Virus genome (UHGV): UHGV-0192057
Source: a virus
DNA length: 37,956 bases
Reading direction: 5' to 3' (one strand)
Shown: positions 1 to 8,242 of the stretch, piece by piece
Numbering within the stretch: position 1 is the stretch's first letter
Layout of the letters: every line of letters begins with the position of its first letter
The notes under the pieces: model-generated
Told to the model about the DNA's origin: nothing
Databases searched by the model: none
Seen by the model: only the letters and a program-made list of their open reading frames with translations
Translations under genes and position numbers: made by a program

Positions 1-182
1 CTGCACCTCCTTAAGTTATACAAAGTATAACTCACGGTGCTACAGGAAACGTTTTACCCCTGCGCATTTGTGAACGCCAGCAGAGTTTTTTATGCGTTAA
101 CAGATATGGAAAGCGGCTCGGAGAGAAAAGCAAAAGGTGAGGGAATTACAAAACAGAATGCGAGTCGTCTCGCATAAAACAA

Positions 183-199
183 CGCCACCCGAAGGTGGC
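183..199. repeat. attL core candidate (17-bp direct repeat, hairpin GCCACC-CGAA-GGTGGC)
   Basis: Exact copy of the 17-mer at 37143-37159; sits about 90 bp outside the int stop codon. Confidence 0.6.
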
Positions 200-289
200 A
201 TAAGGGGGTAGCATGTACCGCACCACCCCTTTATATATCAAATAGTTACAAGTTCAAAGTGGTTCGAAATCGTGCCATTTAGTCCCCGT

Positions 290-1321
290 TTATGGGCAAA
301 ATCTGGACAACTCCGCAACCGGATTGAACCTTACCGCGTCCTGGAGATAATCAGGTGCAAAGTGCGCATAGGTCATTGTTTGCTGAATTGTGCTGTGCCC
401 TAAAATACGCTGAAGGGTAATAATGTTCCCTCCATTTATCATGAAATGAGTTGCGAATGTGTGCCGTAAAACATGCACAGACTGACCGACTGGTAAATCA
501 GGCCGCACAGTCCTTATTGCACTTCTGACTATCGCATAACTGGGGTTCATTAATCTTCCCGTCGCTTTGACTTTAATCAGAGATTCAAGATCTTTAGCTA
601 TAGGAATAACCCGCCGCGATCCATTCTTTGTCTCCATGAAAATAACCTTCCCACCAATTATGTGTTCACCTTTAATATTGGCAACTTCACCCCAGCGCCC
701 GCCTGTAGCCAGGCTTAACAATACAGCCTTAAGATTATCGCCAGATAAAAGTGCGGTTAGTCTGGGAATATCATCATGTGCAAGATAAGCCATTTCCGGC
801 TGATTAATTGTTAGCTTGCGTATCTCGTGAAACGGGTTATCACCCACAAACTCTTCAACATCAATCAGCTTTTCAAAGAAACCGCTCATCATTGCACAAT
901 AACGATTTACCGTTGACTGCTTAATTCCGCGATTCATTAATTCAAGGCGATATCTGATAATATTTTTTCGGGTTAAGTGGTCACTTCTGTTAATACCAAG
1001 CTCTTGCATATCACGAAGAACCGCTTCAATTCTGACCCGATTCATCGCGCCATAACGATGATTCTTACCGTGGTACACCCACCACAGTTCCAGAAGATCG
1101 CTTAACGCTTTACGTTCAATAGGTTTTTCGACCCAGTCCTTATCGTGATAATGCGTCAGAACATGGCGTTCATACATCGCCGCTTCACCACGGGTAGGAA
1201 ATCGCCGCCGAAATCTTCTTCCTTCAGATCCAGCAGGCCGCACGTCCACACAGTATTTGCCATCAGCGAGCTTCTTAATCGACATAAGGAAGCCCCCCAA
1301 TGAAAACATCATCTTGATCAC
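290..1321 (-). CDS. int: Tyrosine integrase, P2 Int family
   Basis: 343-aa ORF; C-terminal region with HxxR...Y-type recombinase signature (VLRHTFATHF...TMTYAHF); sits next to the att repeat and upstream of the C repressor as in P2. Confidence 0.93.
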   Translation of the reverse strand: MIKMMFSLGGFLMSIKKLADGKYCVDVRPAGSEGRRFRRRFPTRGEAAMYERHVLTHYHDKDWVEKPIERKALSDLLELWWVYHGKNHRYGAMNRVRIEAVLRDMQELGINRSDHLTRKNIIRYRLELMNRGIKQSTVNRYCAMMSGFFEKLIDVEEFVGDNPFHEIRKLTINQPEMAYLAHDDIPRLTALLSGDNLKAVLLSLATGGRWGEVANIKGEHIIGGKVIFMETKNGSRRVIPIAKDLESLIKVKATGRLMNPSYAIVRSAIRTVRPDLPVGQSVHVLRHTFATHFMINGGNIITLQRILGHSTIQQTMTYAHFAPDYLQDAVRFNPVAELSRFCP

Positions 1322-1351
1322 AATTTTGAGAAATAAAGGCCAGATGGACCG

Positions 1352-1645
1352 TTAACCAGTCTTCTTGCCGGAGTGGGGTGATTCCGATTCGCTTCGCCCA
1401 ATGTGTGCGAGAGCCGGTACCACCTGCCCGACCTTTGGTTCGACCTCATCGAACAAAAACCAGTCGCGGTATTTAGAAAATCTCGGGTGCTTAAAAAGCT
1501 TGATAGTGATCTCAAGACCAGGAAGGTTACGACCATACTCATAACTGGTCAGAGCAGAGTAAGAAATTCCAATCATATCAGCGAACTCCCGTTGAGTGAG
1601 ATCTTCAGATTTACGCATGACGCGAATTTTTTGAGGAATGTCCAT
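1352..1645 (-). CDS. Immunity repressor, P2 C-like
   Basis: 97 aa from the internal ATG at 1645 (MDIPQKIRVMRKSEDLTQREFADMIGISY...SPHSGKKTG); HTH; resembles P2 C from memory; divergent from cox. Confidence 0.8.
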   Translation of the reverse strand: MDIPQKIRVMRKSEDLTQREFADMIGISYSALTSYEYGRNLPGLEITIKLFKHPRFSKYRDWFLFDEVEPKVGQVVPALAHIGRSESESPHSGKKTG

Positions 1646-1658
1646 TTGACAAACTCCT

Positions 1659-1688
1659 ACATATGTGAGATTAATACCACATATGAAC
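1659..1688. promoter_or_regulatory. Candidate C operator / early promoter region (direct repeats ACATATG x2)
   Basis: acatatgtga at 1659-1668 and acatatgaac at 1679-1688 flank an AT-rich TTAATA element between divergent C and cox; P2-type repressors bind direct repeats around the early promoter. Confidence 0.4.
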
Positions 1689-1759
1689 ATAAAAAGAAAT
1701 GTTCTAAGTGGTTCCAACTAGTGCCAGATAGAAATAGCACCAATAACGGAGGATACCAG

Positions 1760-2185
1760 ATGCAAGAAGTCACTCAAAACGCGCCTGAATCGCCTGCCGA
1801 AACACAGTGCGATCAGTTGACAGATGCGCCAGAAACCGCACACCAAAAGACCGGGCGCAAAGCCCCTGAACGCCAAGAAATCAGGCTTTCACAAAACCCT
1901 TCTCATCTCCTGTCAAAAGAAGGGTTTGCGATGTATATCGGCAAGACCGTTGACGCCATCGTGAGCATGGCAAAAGCAGGGAAATTACCCGCTGTGTACA
2001 TGGCGGACCCTCTCAAGCCTGGCGGAAACGCCGAACTTTACATCAACCGGAAAGCATGGGATGAAGCCTGCGATCGACTCACTGAAAACGCACCGCAAGA
2101 ATGGCACGAATGGGAAAACCGACTTTTTTTATTTAAGCCAGCAGCTGGTTCACGGAATAAACGTATCAGTAAAAAAGCAGCTTAA
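1760..2185 (+). CDS. cox: Cox-like excisionase/transcriptional regulator (C-terminally extended)
   Basis: ATG at 1760 preceded by GGAGGA; first gene of the early operon opposite C; HTH-like segment (MYIGKTVDAIVSMAKAGKLPAV). 141 aa versus about 91 for P2 Cox. Confidence 0.6.
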   Translation: MQEVTQNAPESPAETQCDQLTDAPETAHQKTGRKAPERQEIRLSQNPSHLLSKEGFAMYIGKTVDAIVSMAKAGKLPAVYMADPLKPGGNAELYINRKAWDEACDRLTENAPQEWHEWENRLFLFKPAAGSRNKRISKKAA

Positions 2186-2266
2186 TATCAAACACACAGC
2201 GAAATCCACAACAGGAGATTTCGCCGTAAATAATCTAATCGTTGGTGTTATGCGGGGGCGCAACAA

Positions 2267-2704
2267 TCAACCAAGAAGACTTTTGAAAGCAAAGGATAAC
2301 CCAGTAGTAAGAGCGGATGATGCGGTGCTTTTTATCGCGTCCATTGAGCCACTCTTGGCTGCATCAACAAGCTTGTCGCCAAATGATTGTTTAAGTGACT
2401 CTGGATCAAGCTTAAGTAATTCAAGACCTTTGGCCGTGAGAACCGCATCAGAAAAGTAATGCGGAGGAGAAGATTTAGCGGATACATAACCAGCATCAAC
2501 AAGCCATGCGATGGAGTCACGGCGAAGCTCAAGAGCTTCAACTAGTTGCCTCCTGGAGGATCGGTCTTCTTCAAAAGTCAGCTCTGAAACACCGGTTAAG
2601 GCACAAATATCAATAGTTACTTTGCGGGGAAAAGTTTCATAAAGAAACGCAAAAGTTTTACCAACTGTTTCATTAAAAACATCAAGATTTGAAGGTATTG
2701 ACAT
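2267..2704 (-). CDS. Hypothetical protein (antisense cargo gene in the early operon)
   Basis: 145-aa ORF from ATG at 2704 with GGAG 6 nt upstream; fills the gap between cox and the next plus-strand gene on the opposite strand. No recognisable motif. Confidence 0.55.
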   Translation of the reverse strand: MSIPSNLDVFNETVGKTFAFLYETFPRKVTIDICALTGVSELTFEEDRSSRRQLVEALELRRDSIAWLVDAGYVSAKSSPPHYFSDAVLTAKGLELLKLDPESLKQSFGDKLVDAAKSGSMDAIKSTASSALTTGLSFAFKSLLG

Positions 2705-2897
2705 GACTGACTCCACTCAAACAAAAGACTTATACAGCGATTTACGCTTCATCATCATACAACAGCAATCAGGCAGGATGGATCCAACACGTGCAAGCAA
2801 GGCCTGGAAAGAAGCCCTTACCGATCAGGGGATCGATGTAATTAGCGAAGTCATGGCTGAAGTGATTTTTAGGCTGACAAGAGACGAATCACTGTAA
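2703..2897 (+). CDS. Hypothetical small protein (64 aa)
   Basis: ORF with GAAGG upstream; its start codon overlaps head-to-head with the start of the minus-strand gene 2267-2704. Confidence 0.35.
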   Translation: MTDSTQTKDLYSDLRFIIIQQQSGRMDPTRASKAWKEALTDQGIDVISEVMAEVIFRLTRDESL

Positions 2898-2922
2898 TCA
2901 TCGCATAAGGACCGAGTGAAGA

Positions 2923-3261
2923 ATGAAGCAACAACGAAATGCACGCATCAATAACAACACCGAACGCCACGTTGCACGCCAGCACTTCCGTAAAAATAGT
3001 GCGACCGTAACCACTGAAATCCACGCAACACCAGACGGTCACCCGGTAAAACAAACCGGCAAACACACCTGGGCGATTGGCGACACTGCCATCGTTATTC
3101 ACAAAAGTTTTCGCAGTCCTGTTACTGGCAGATTTAATTTCACCCTGACTCGCGGGGATGATTACTTCGGACAGGATTTCACATTTTTTGAAGCCTTAAG
3201 AACGGCAGACAGATTAATCAACGGCCTGTGTTTTCAATATCCGGGAAGTAAGTACCGATAA
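2923..3261 (+). CDS. Hypothetical early-operon protein (112 aa)
   Basis: ORF in the co-directional early gene block; no motif recognised. Confidence 0.5.
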   Translation: MKQQRNARINNNTERHVARQHFRKNSATVTTEIHATPDGHPVKQTGKHTWAIGDTAIVIHKSFRSPVTGRFNFTLTRGDDYFGQDFTFFEALRTADRLINGLCFQYPGSKYR

Positions 3262-3276
3262 ATAAAGGATTCAGTC

Positions 3277-3519
3277 ATGATCGAAGCCTACAAAATACTT
3301 ATTAATAACGCGTTGCAGCGTTACCACTTTGAACTCGCAAACAGGGGCGTAACTAAGGATGAAAGCCTTCGTAACTCACTGCGCGGCGCAATTATGGGAC
3401 TGTATAACTGCGCGCTGGGCAGCGATGACCGTGAAGCGCTGGAAGAATTAAAGTCGATTATGACAGAACTGTTTGAAGGTGAAATTGTCGAGCCTTACTT
3501 CACAGGAGTGGCAGCATGA
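3277..3519 (+). CDS. Hypothetical early-operon protein (80 aa)
   Basis: ORF tightly packed with neighbours; stop overlaps the next start (ATGA). Confidence 0.5.
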   Translation: MIEAYKILINNALQRYHFELANRGVTKDESLRNSLRGAIMGLYNCALGSDDREALEELKSIMTELFEGEIVEPYFTGVAA

Positions 3520-3641
3520 GCATATTCCTTTCATGGGTAATTCTGATTATCTCCGTGCTTATGGCAATCGGCATTATGCGAATTATCCACACACTGAAGG
3601 ATATCGAATTATTCTTTACCGGCGATAAACGCCGTAAATAA
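3516..3641 (+). CDS. Small hydrophobic protein (41 aa)
   Basis: Hand-translated MSIFLSWVILIISVLMAIGIMRIIHTLKDIELFFTGDKRRK; AGGAG upstream; ATGA overlap with the preceding gene; below the ORF-track length cutoff. Confidence 0.4.
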   Translation: MSIFLSWVILIISVLMAIGIMRIIHTLKDIELFFTGDKRRK

Positions 3642-3855
3642 AGCGAAAACCTTATGAAGAATGTAAAAGCAATACACACCATCGCCACTGTATGGGTGAT
3701 ATTTCAGGTGAGTGCGCTTATCTGGTTAGCCCTGAAGATCTGGGAATAACCTGAAGCCGAAAGCAGGCGCGGAATAACACCAGAAAACACACGAGCAATT
3801 AATTAAGGCATTCATGCCTTCGGGTTCCCTTTGTCTTTTTTTCAGGAGTCAACAA

Positions 3856-4086
3856 ATGAGAACAGCCGAATCACCCGGCAGAGAAATAGCCGCCAGACCA
3901 GCTAACCATCATGCACATATCAGCATGGCCGCAAGAAAAGCCGAGCGTGCACATATCTGCGAATTACTGCGCGAGCTGACTGAGACAGCGAAAGAGACAC
4001 ACACCTGTCCACAGGAAACCTGCGCAGCCATTGAACGACTGATTGCAATACTCGCCAACCCAGACGAACTGAAGGGGTGCGCATAA
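3856..4086 (+). CDS. Hypothetical early-operon protein (76 aa)
   Basis: ATG at 3856 with AGGAG 8 nt upstream (the track ORF starts earlier, at 3814); Cys/His-containing. Confidence 0.5.
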   Translation: MRTAESPGREIAARPANHHAHISMAARKAERAHICELLRELTETAKETHTCPQETCAAIERLIAILANPDELKGCA

Positions 4087-4667
4087 TGAACCATCTCATG
4101 ATTGACACCGAAACACTGGGTAACGGACCGGACGCAGCCATATTCGCGATTGGGGCGGTGTTTTTCGACCCGTTCACCGGAAAGCTGGGCAAGCAGTTTG
4201 AGAAACTCATCGACCCGGTGGATTCAGAACGCAACGGCGGAACCGTCAATGCAGCCACCGCTGTATGGTGGGCCGGACAATCCGTGGAGGCCAGATCCTG
4301 CCTGCGCAACGCAGAGGGAACAGAGCTTGCGGCAGTAACCGAATTTCTGGCGTTCATTTCACGCAATATGCATGACGAAAGCACGGGCAATTCACTGACC
4401 ATATGGTGTAAGGGCGCATCCTTCGATTTCCCGATCCTGAAATCCGCCATAACACGCACAGCCGGAGAAAAAAGCATCCCCTGGCGCTACTGGAACGAGC
4501 GCTGTATGCGCCCGCTTATCGCCATGGCTGAATCAACTGGATGGAAAATGCCAGGCAGATCAGGAAAAGAGGCCATTGCTCACACCGCGCTGGGCGACGC
4601 CATTTACCAGGCAAAGGTCGTGTCAGAAATCTGGCAGCGCTTCACAACACCATTCCTGAACATATGA
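4086..4667 (+). CDS. DnaQ-like 3'-5' exonuclease (DEDD family)
   Basis: N-terminal Exo I-like motif MIDTETLG and later H...D (HTALGDAIYQ); 193 aa; start overlaps the previous stop. Confidence 0.7.
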   Translation: MNHLMIDTETLGNGPDAAIFAIGAVFFDPFTGKLGKQFEKLIDPVDSERNGGTVNAATAVWWAGQSVEARSCLRNAEGTELAAVTEFLAFISRNMHDESTGNSLTIWCKGASFDFPILKSAITRTAGEKSIPWRYWNERCMRPLIAMAESTGWKMPGRSGKEAIAHTALGDAIYQAKVVSEIWQRFTTPFLNI

Positions 4668-4900
4668 GGTGAAGCCATGGTCGCCATCCTGAATGTGTGT
4701 TGCTGCCCCCCCCTGAACGTGGAAAGAAAAGCCCGCGCATCGCTGCGTTTATTCCGCGACGGCGTGCGGAATTTTTCACGCATAAAACCCCACGACTACC
4801 TGGTAATAAGAATCGGTTTTCGCTGGCGATTGCTGAGCAAAAACAACGGGGCGTCATGGGATTTATTAACGCACGAAACCTATAACAAAGAGGCCGCGTT

Positions 4901-5881
4901 ATGAGCAAAGAACTGTTATCCGGTACGCCACTGAAATGGGTGGGCGGAAAAAGCCGCATCATGAACACACTGAAGGCGCATCTGCCAGAAGCAGACTGCC
5001 TGGTTGAGCCGTTTGTGGGTGGCGCATCGGTATTCATGAACACCAGTTACAAGCGTTACATCCTGGGTGATTCCAATGGTGCGCTGATTAATTTCTACCG
5101 GCAAGCCAGGGACAACACCGACAGCCTGATCGACGAGGCGAAAACCCTGTTCCTGAACCACAACAACAGGGGTGACTATCTCATCATTCGCGAAACCTTT
5201 AACGCAGAGAATCATGCCTTCCTGAACAGCAGAACGGGAATAAGCGACCGCCGTGAACTGCGACTGGCCGCCATGTTTTTGTACCTGAACCGACACAGCT
5301 TTAACGGTTTGTTCCGCGTGAACGGAAAAGGCGATTTTAACGTGCCTTTCGGCTGCTACCGCAAGCCCTACTTCCCTGAGCGGGAAATCCGCGCATTTGC
5401 AGACAAGGCAAACAGCACCCGAACGCTGCTTATCCACGCAGATTTTAAGGATACGCTGAACTCTGCCAGTCACCTGTTCGGCATGGGCAACACGCTTTGC
5501 GTGTACTGCGATCCCCCTTACCTGCGATTCAGTGGCCGGGACAATTTCACCGCCTACGGAAAACCATTCGATGAAGACGAGCACGTTCGTCTGAGGGCAG
5601 CGCTTGACCGCCTTTCACAGGAAACGGGCGGCATGACCAGCATCACCATCTCCAATTCCGACACACCGGAAACACGACGCATTTATCGGGGTTACCGGAT
5701 GAACTGCATACAGGCACCACGAAGCGTTGGCGCAAGAACCCGGGAATCAGCACCGGAGGTTATCGCCACCCTGAGACAGTGCGACGCCTGCGGTCACCAT
5801 GGCGGTGGCTACTGCCCGGACTGCGGACCTGTAACGGGAGATGCAACTTACAGCGTGATGTTTACCCCTGCCAGTACGTGA
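4901..5881 (+). CDS. dam: DNA adenine methyltransferase, Dam family (probable GATC N6-adenine MTase)
   Basis: Motifs PLKWVGGK, EPFVGGASVF (SAM binding), FLYLNRHSFNGLFRVN and catalytic DPPY (VYCDPPY); matches E. coli Dam from memory across the N-terminal two-thirds. Confidence 0.88.
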   Translation: MSKELLSGTPLKWVGGKSRIMNTLKAHLPEADCLVEPFVGGASVFMNTSYKRYILGDSNGALINFYRQARDNTDSLIDEAKTLFLNHNNRGDYLIIRETFNAENHAFLNSRTGISDRRELRLAAMFLYLNRHSFNGLFRVNGKGDFNVPFGCYRKPYFPEREIRAFADKANSTRTLLIHADFKDTLNSASHLFGMGNTLCVYCDPPYLRFSGRDNFTAYGKPFDEDEHVRLRAALDRLSQETGGMTSITISNSDTPETRRIYRGYRMNCIQAPRSVGARTRESAPEVIATLRQCDACGHHGGGYCPDCGPVTGDATYSVMFTPAST

Positions 5882-5916
5882 ATAAACAGATGAATCAGTA
5901 ACACCGGAGTCAGGAA

Positions 5917-6153
5917 ATGAATAGCGAAAACAACAAAGAGCTTTTGCGGGAATTGCGTCTCATCGCCCGTGCACATGAGGAAGCAGCAAAAGTTATCGCA
6001 GCTGCTGGAAGACCAGATCTCGTTATCGCTTCAGCAATCTCACTGAGGATCACCATGGAAGCAATCCGGGTGATTCAGGATCAGGAAAGTGAAATCGCCA
6101 CCCTTAAAAAGCAGCTCAACGAGAAATCTGCCGGGCAAAGGAGTCAGCAATGA
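5917..6153 (+). CDS. Hypothetical protein (78 aa)
   Basis: ORF in the co-directional early block. Confidence 0.45.
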   Translation: MNSENNKELLRELRLIARAHEEAAKVIAAAGRPDLVIASAISLRITMEAIRVIQDQESEIATLKKQLNEKSAGQRSQQ

Positions 6154-6368
6154 TCCAGGAATCAACCGTTATCCGGTTCACAGCCAACGGCCGTCAGTAC
6201 GAGGTAGACGAAAGCCTGATTGACCAGGGCATGACACGCCAGGACTCACGCAATTCTGAGATGCATCACATCCGCCTTATCAACGGTTCGCACTTCTGCG
6301 CCACGAACATGGAAGAAGTACGCGTGCTGACAGCAACACGCAATACGGGAGGTAAAGCATGGCAGTGA
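6150..6368 (+). CDS. Hypothetical protein (72 aa)
   Basis: ORF in the early block; start overlaps the previous stop. Confidence 0.45.
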   Translation: MIQESTVIRFTANGRQYEVDESLIDQGMTRQDSRNSEMHHIRLINGSHFCATNMEEVRVLTATRNTGGKAWQ

Positions 6369-6721
6369 TTTATATCGCCGGTCCAATGACCGGATACAAA
6401 GATCACAACAGAACGGCGTTTTTCACAGAGGCGATGAGGCTCGCGGCAGACGGGCACGTTGTGCTGAACCCTGCCACGTTGCCTGACGGATTAAGCCAGC
6501 AGCAGCACATGAGCATTTGTATTCCGATGCTCATGTGTGCCGATGTCATTTACTTGCTGGAAGGCTGGGAGGATTCAGCTGGCGCGCGGGCGGAGTACGC
6601 AATGGCACTCAAGCTGAACATAGACGTGTCATTACCGCCTGTCAGGGAAGACGGTAAAAGCATCACGCAGCCGGGAGTCGATCAGACGCCGCACAACCAG
6701 CAGATTAACCTTTCGGAGTAA
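6359..6721 (+). CDS. DUF4406-like / nucleoside 2-deoxyribosyltransferase-like protein
   Basis: N-terminal IYIAGPMTG motif typical of that fold; 120 aa. Confidence 0.55.
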   Translation: MAVIYIAGPMTGYKDHNRTAFFTEAMRLAADGHVVLNPATLPDGLSQQQHMSICIPMLMCADVIYLLEGWEDSAGARAEYAMALKLNIDVSLPPVREDGKSITQPGVDQTPHNQQINLSE

Positions 6722-7149
6722 CGCAAATGCTCGCTGGCAGACAGACCAACAGATGCGCTCGCTTTGTTTTTTGCGGGCCTGACAAACGCCTTCATGGATG
6801 CGCTGTTCGTTTCTTCCAGATACAGAATGCGCTCAATCAGGCGTTCAGTGCTCATGAAATCCCTTTGCGTAATCAGACGAAGGTAGCTCTGTTTCTGCCA
6901 GCACGCCAGTTCGGCGACGAATTCACACTTGCTGCAAAACCAGGAAAAAACAAAAAACGCCAGCCCCCAAAGGCTCATCAGGACGGGAAAACCAACCAGA
7001 AGAAAGGACAATACCGCAGCAATCAGCGCCCCGGCGCGCAACATGGCAGCGGCTTTATTGCTGAGTATGAAAACCATCTCTTCCAGCCAATAGCTGTACC
7101 ACAGATGAAAAAAAATCTTCTTGTCTGCTTGCTCCATAGCAACAGGCAT
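6682..7149 (-). CDS. Hypothetical membrane protein (antisense cargo gene)
   Basis: 155 aa from ATG at 7149 with GGAGG 6 nt upstream; hydrophobic hairpin AGALIAAVLSFLLVGFPVLMSLWGLAFFVFSWF; its 3' end overlaps the end of the DUF4406 gene. Confidence 0.6.
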   Translation of the reverse strand: MPVAMEQADKKIFFHLWYSYWLEEMVFILSNKAAAMLRAGALIAAVLSFLLVGFPVLMSLWGLAFFVFSWFCSKCEFVAELACWQKQSYLRLITQRDFMSTERLIERILYLEETNSASMKAFVRPAKNKASASVGLSASEHLRYSERLICWLCGV

Positions 7150-7535
7150 AAACAACCTCCATTGTTAATAAACGCCGCTATCCCTCGGCGCATTCCATTT
7201 TTGCGCCGCGATTATACATACTTCAGCACGCAACACAAAAACCGCTTGCCAGCGCTCGTCGTGTCAGGTTACATTTCCGCTGCACCTCATAAAACGGGTG
7301 CCGGGTTTCGCAGCCTGCTGACAACCAAAGCGCACAACCGCGCCAGCGGTTTTTTTGTGCGTACTGTATTGCCACGTCTTTTTCGCGTCAGAATTATGGC
7401 GGGGCGTACGGGGCCGACTTCGGTCGGGCCGGGTTCTTTGGTTGCCGGTACTGCGAACCTCGTACACCTCGCCACCCACAGTTTCGCAGCTCTGGATGGT
7501 GAGTTTTCAAAACTTACAACCAAAGAGGCCACACC

Positions 7536-7757
7536 ATGGCAAACCGCAAGCAACAGCGCGCCCGCGCTGAGCGTCTTCACATCCGCAGCGAAATCAACCG
7601 CAGACTCCATCGGGCTGCATCTGTCGCCTTTATCATGCAGTCAAACGTATTACACCGACTTAACGACGGTATCGCTGCCGGGTATTACGCGGCAGTCTTC
7701 AGCTATCTCGCCGAAGATCTGGCAGAACTACAAAGCCTCATCAACCAGCACCGATAA
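7536..7757 (+). CDS. Hypothetical small basic protein (73 aa)
   Basis: ATG with AGAGG upstream; Arg-rich N-terminus; first plus-strand ORF after the structured gap. Confidence 0.4.
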   Translation: MANRKQQRARAERLHIRSEINRRLHRAASVAFIMQSNVLHRLNDGIAAGYYAAVFSYLAEDLAELQSLINQHR

Positions 7758-7825
7758 ACCACATCCTGAAGCCATCCCGCACCCGTGCGCGGGAGGCTTC
7801 CGCACGTCTGTTACCGGAGGTTCTC

Positions 7826-8242
7826 ATGAAGAGCGTTAAGGGACTTTCAGATATTCAGGACTTTTTTAACTGGATGTGGGCGGTGGATCCCCTGCTGGCT
7901 TCCCGCCTGAACAACTGGCACGACTACTACCGCCGCGCCTGTAAACAGGCCGCCCGCAGCATCACCACATACGGGGATTTCTCCTTCACCGTTGACGGTC
8001 GTTACCGCGTGGACGTGAAAGGTGACGGTGATGGCTTTGGTTTATTTCACATCAACGGCACCGACAGTACCGCCATCAGCTGGTCATCGTCAGAGATGGC
8101 ACTGGTTCTGGAAATGACAACCCACAGCGTGGCCGTGAAAGGCATATACACCGCAGAAGACTTTATCGGTGAATACCAGCGCCTTCTCGTGCTGTACCGC
8201 GCGGCGTTTCAGGAGGTCACTGGCGGGGAGTACGACGCATGA
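7826..8242 (+). CDS. Hypothetical protein upstream of A (138 aa)
   Basis: ORF whose stop overlaps the A start. Confidence 0.55.
   Translation: MKSVKGLSDIQDFFNWMWAVDPLLASRLNNWHDYYRRACKQAARSITTYGDFSFTVDGRYRVDVKGDGDGFGLFHINGTDSTAISWSSSEMALVLEMTTHSVAVKGIYTAEDFIGEYQRLLVLYRAAFQEVTGGEYDA

Noticed and set aside
183-199. tRNA or tmRNA gene as the integration target
   Set aside because: No cloverleaf-compatible sequence, T-loop (GTTC-type) or CCA-end context around either repeat; the core is a simple terminator-type hairpin.
3920-4477. 185-aa minus-strand ORF antisense to the exonuclease gene
   Set aside because: Antisense to two tightly coupled plus-strand genes with clear motifs; no RBS; composition looks like shadow-frame translation.
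7150-7540. Possible retron msr/msd or other reverse-transcriptase-associated ncRNA in the structured gap
   Set aside because: No ORF anywhere in the window shows reverse-transcriptase motifs (no YxDD-containing frame), so a retron is unsupported; the structures are kept only as unexplained RNA-like elements.
6727-7839. 370-aa plus-strand ORF across the antisense membrane gene and the structured gap
   Set aside because: Arg/Pro/Gly-rich low-complexity translation typical of an out-of-frame GC-rich read; overlaps a better-supported minus-strand gene with a strong RBS; no plausible start context.
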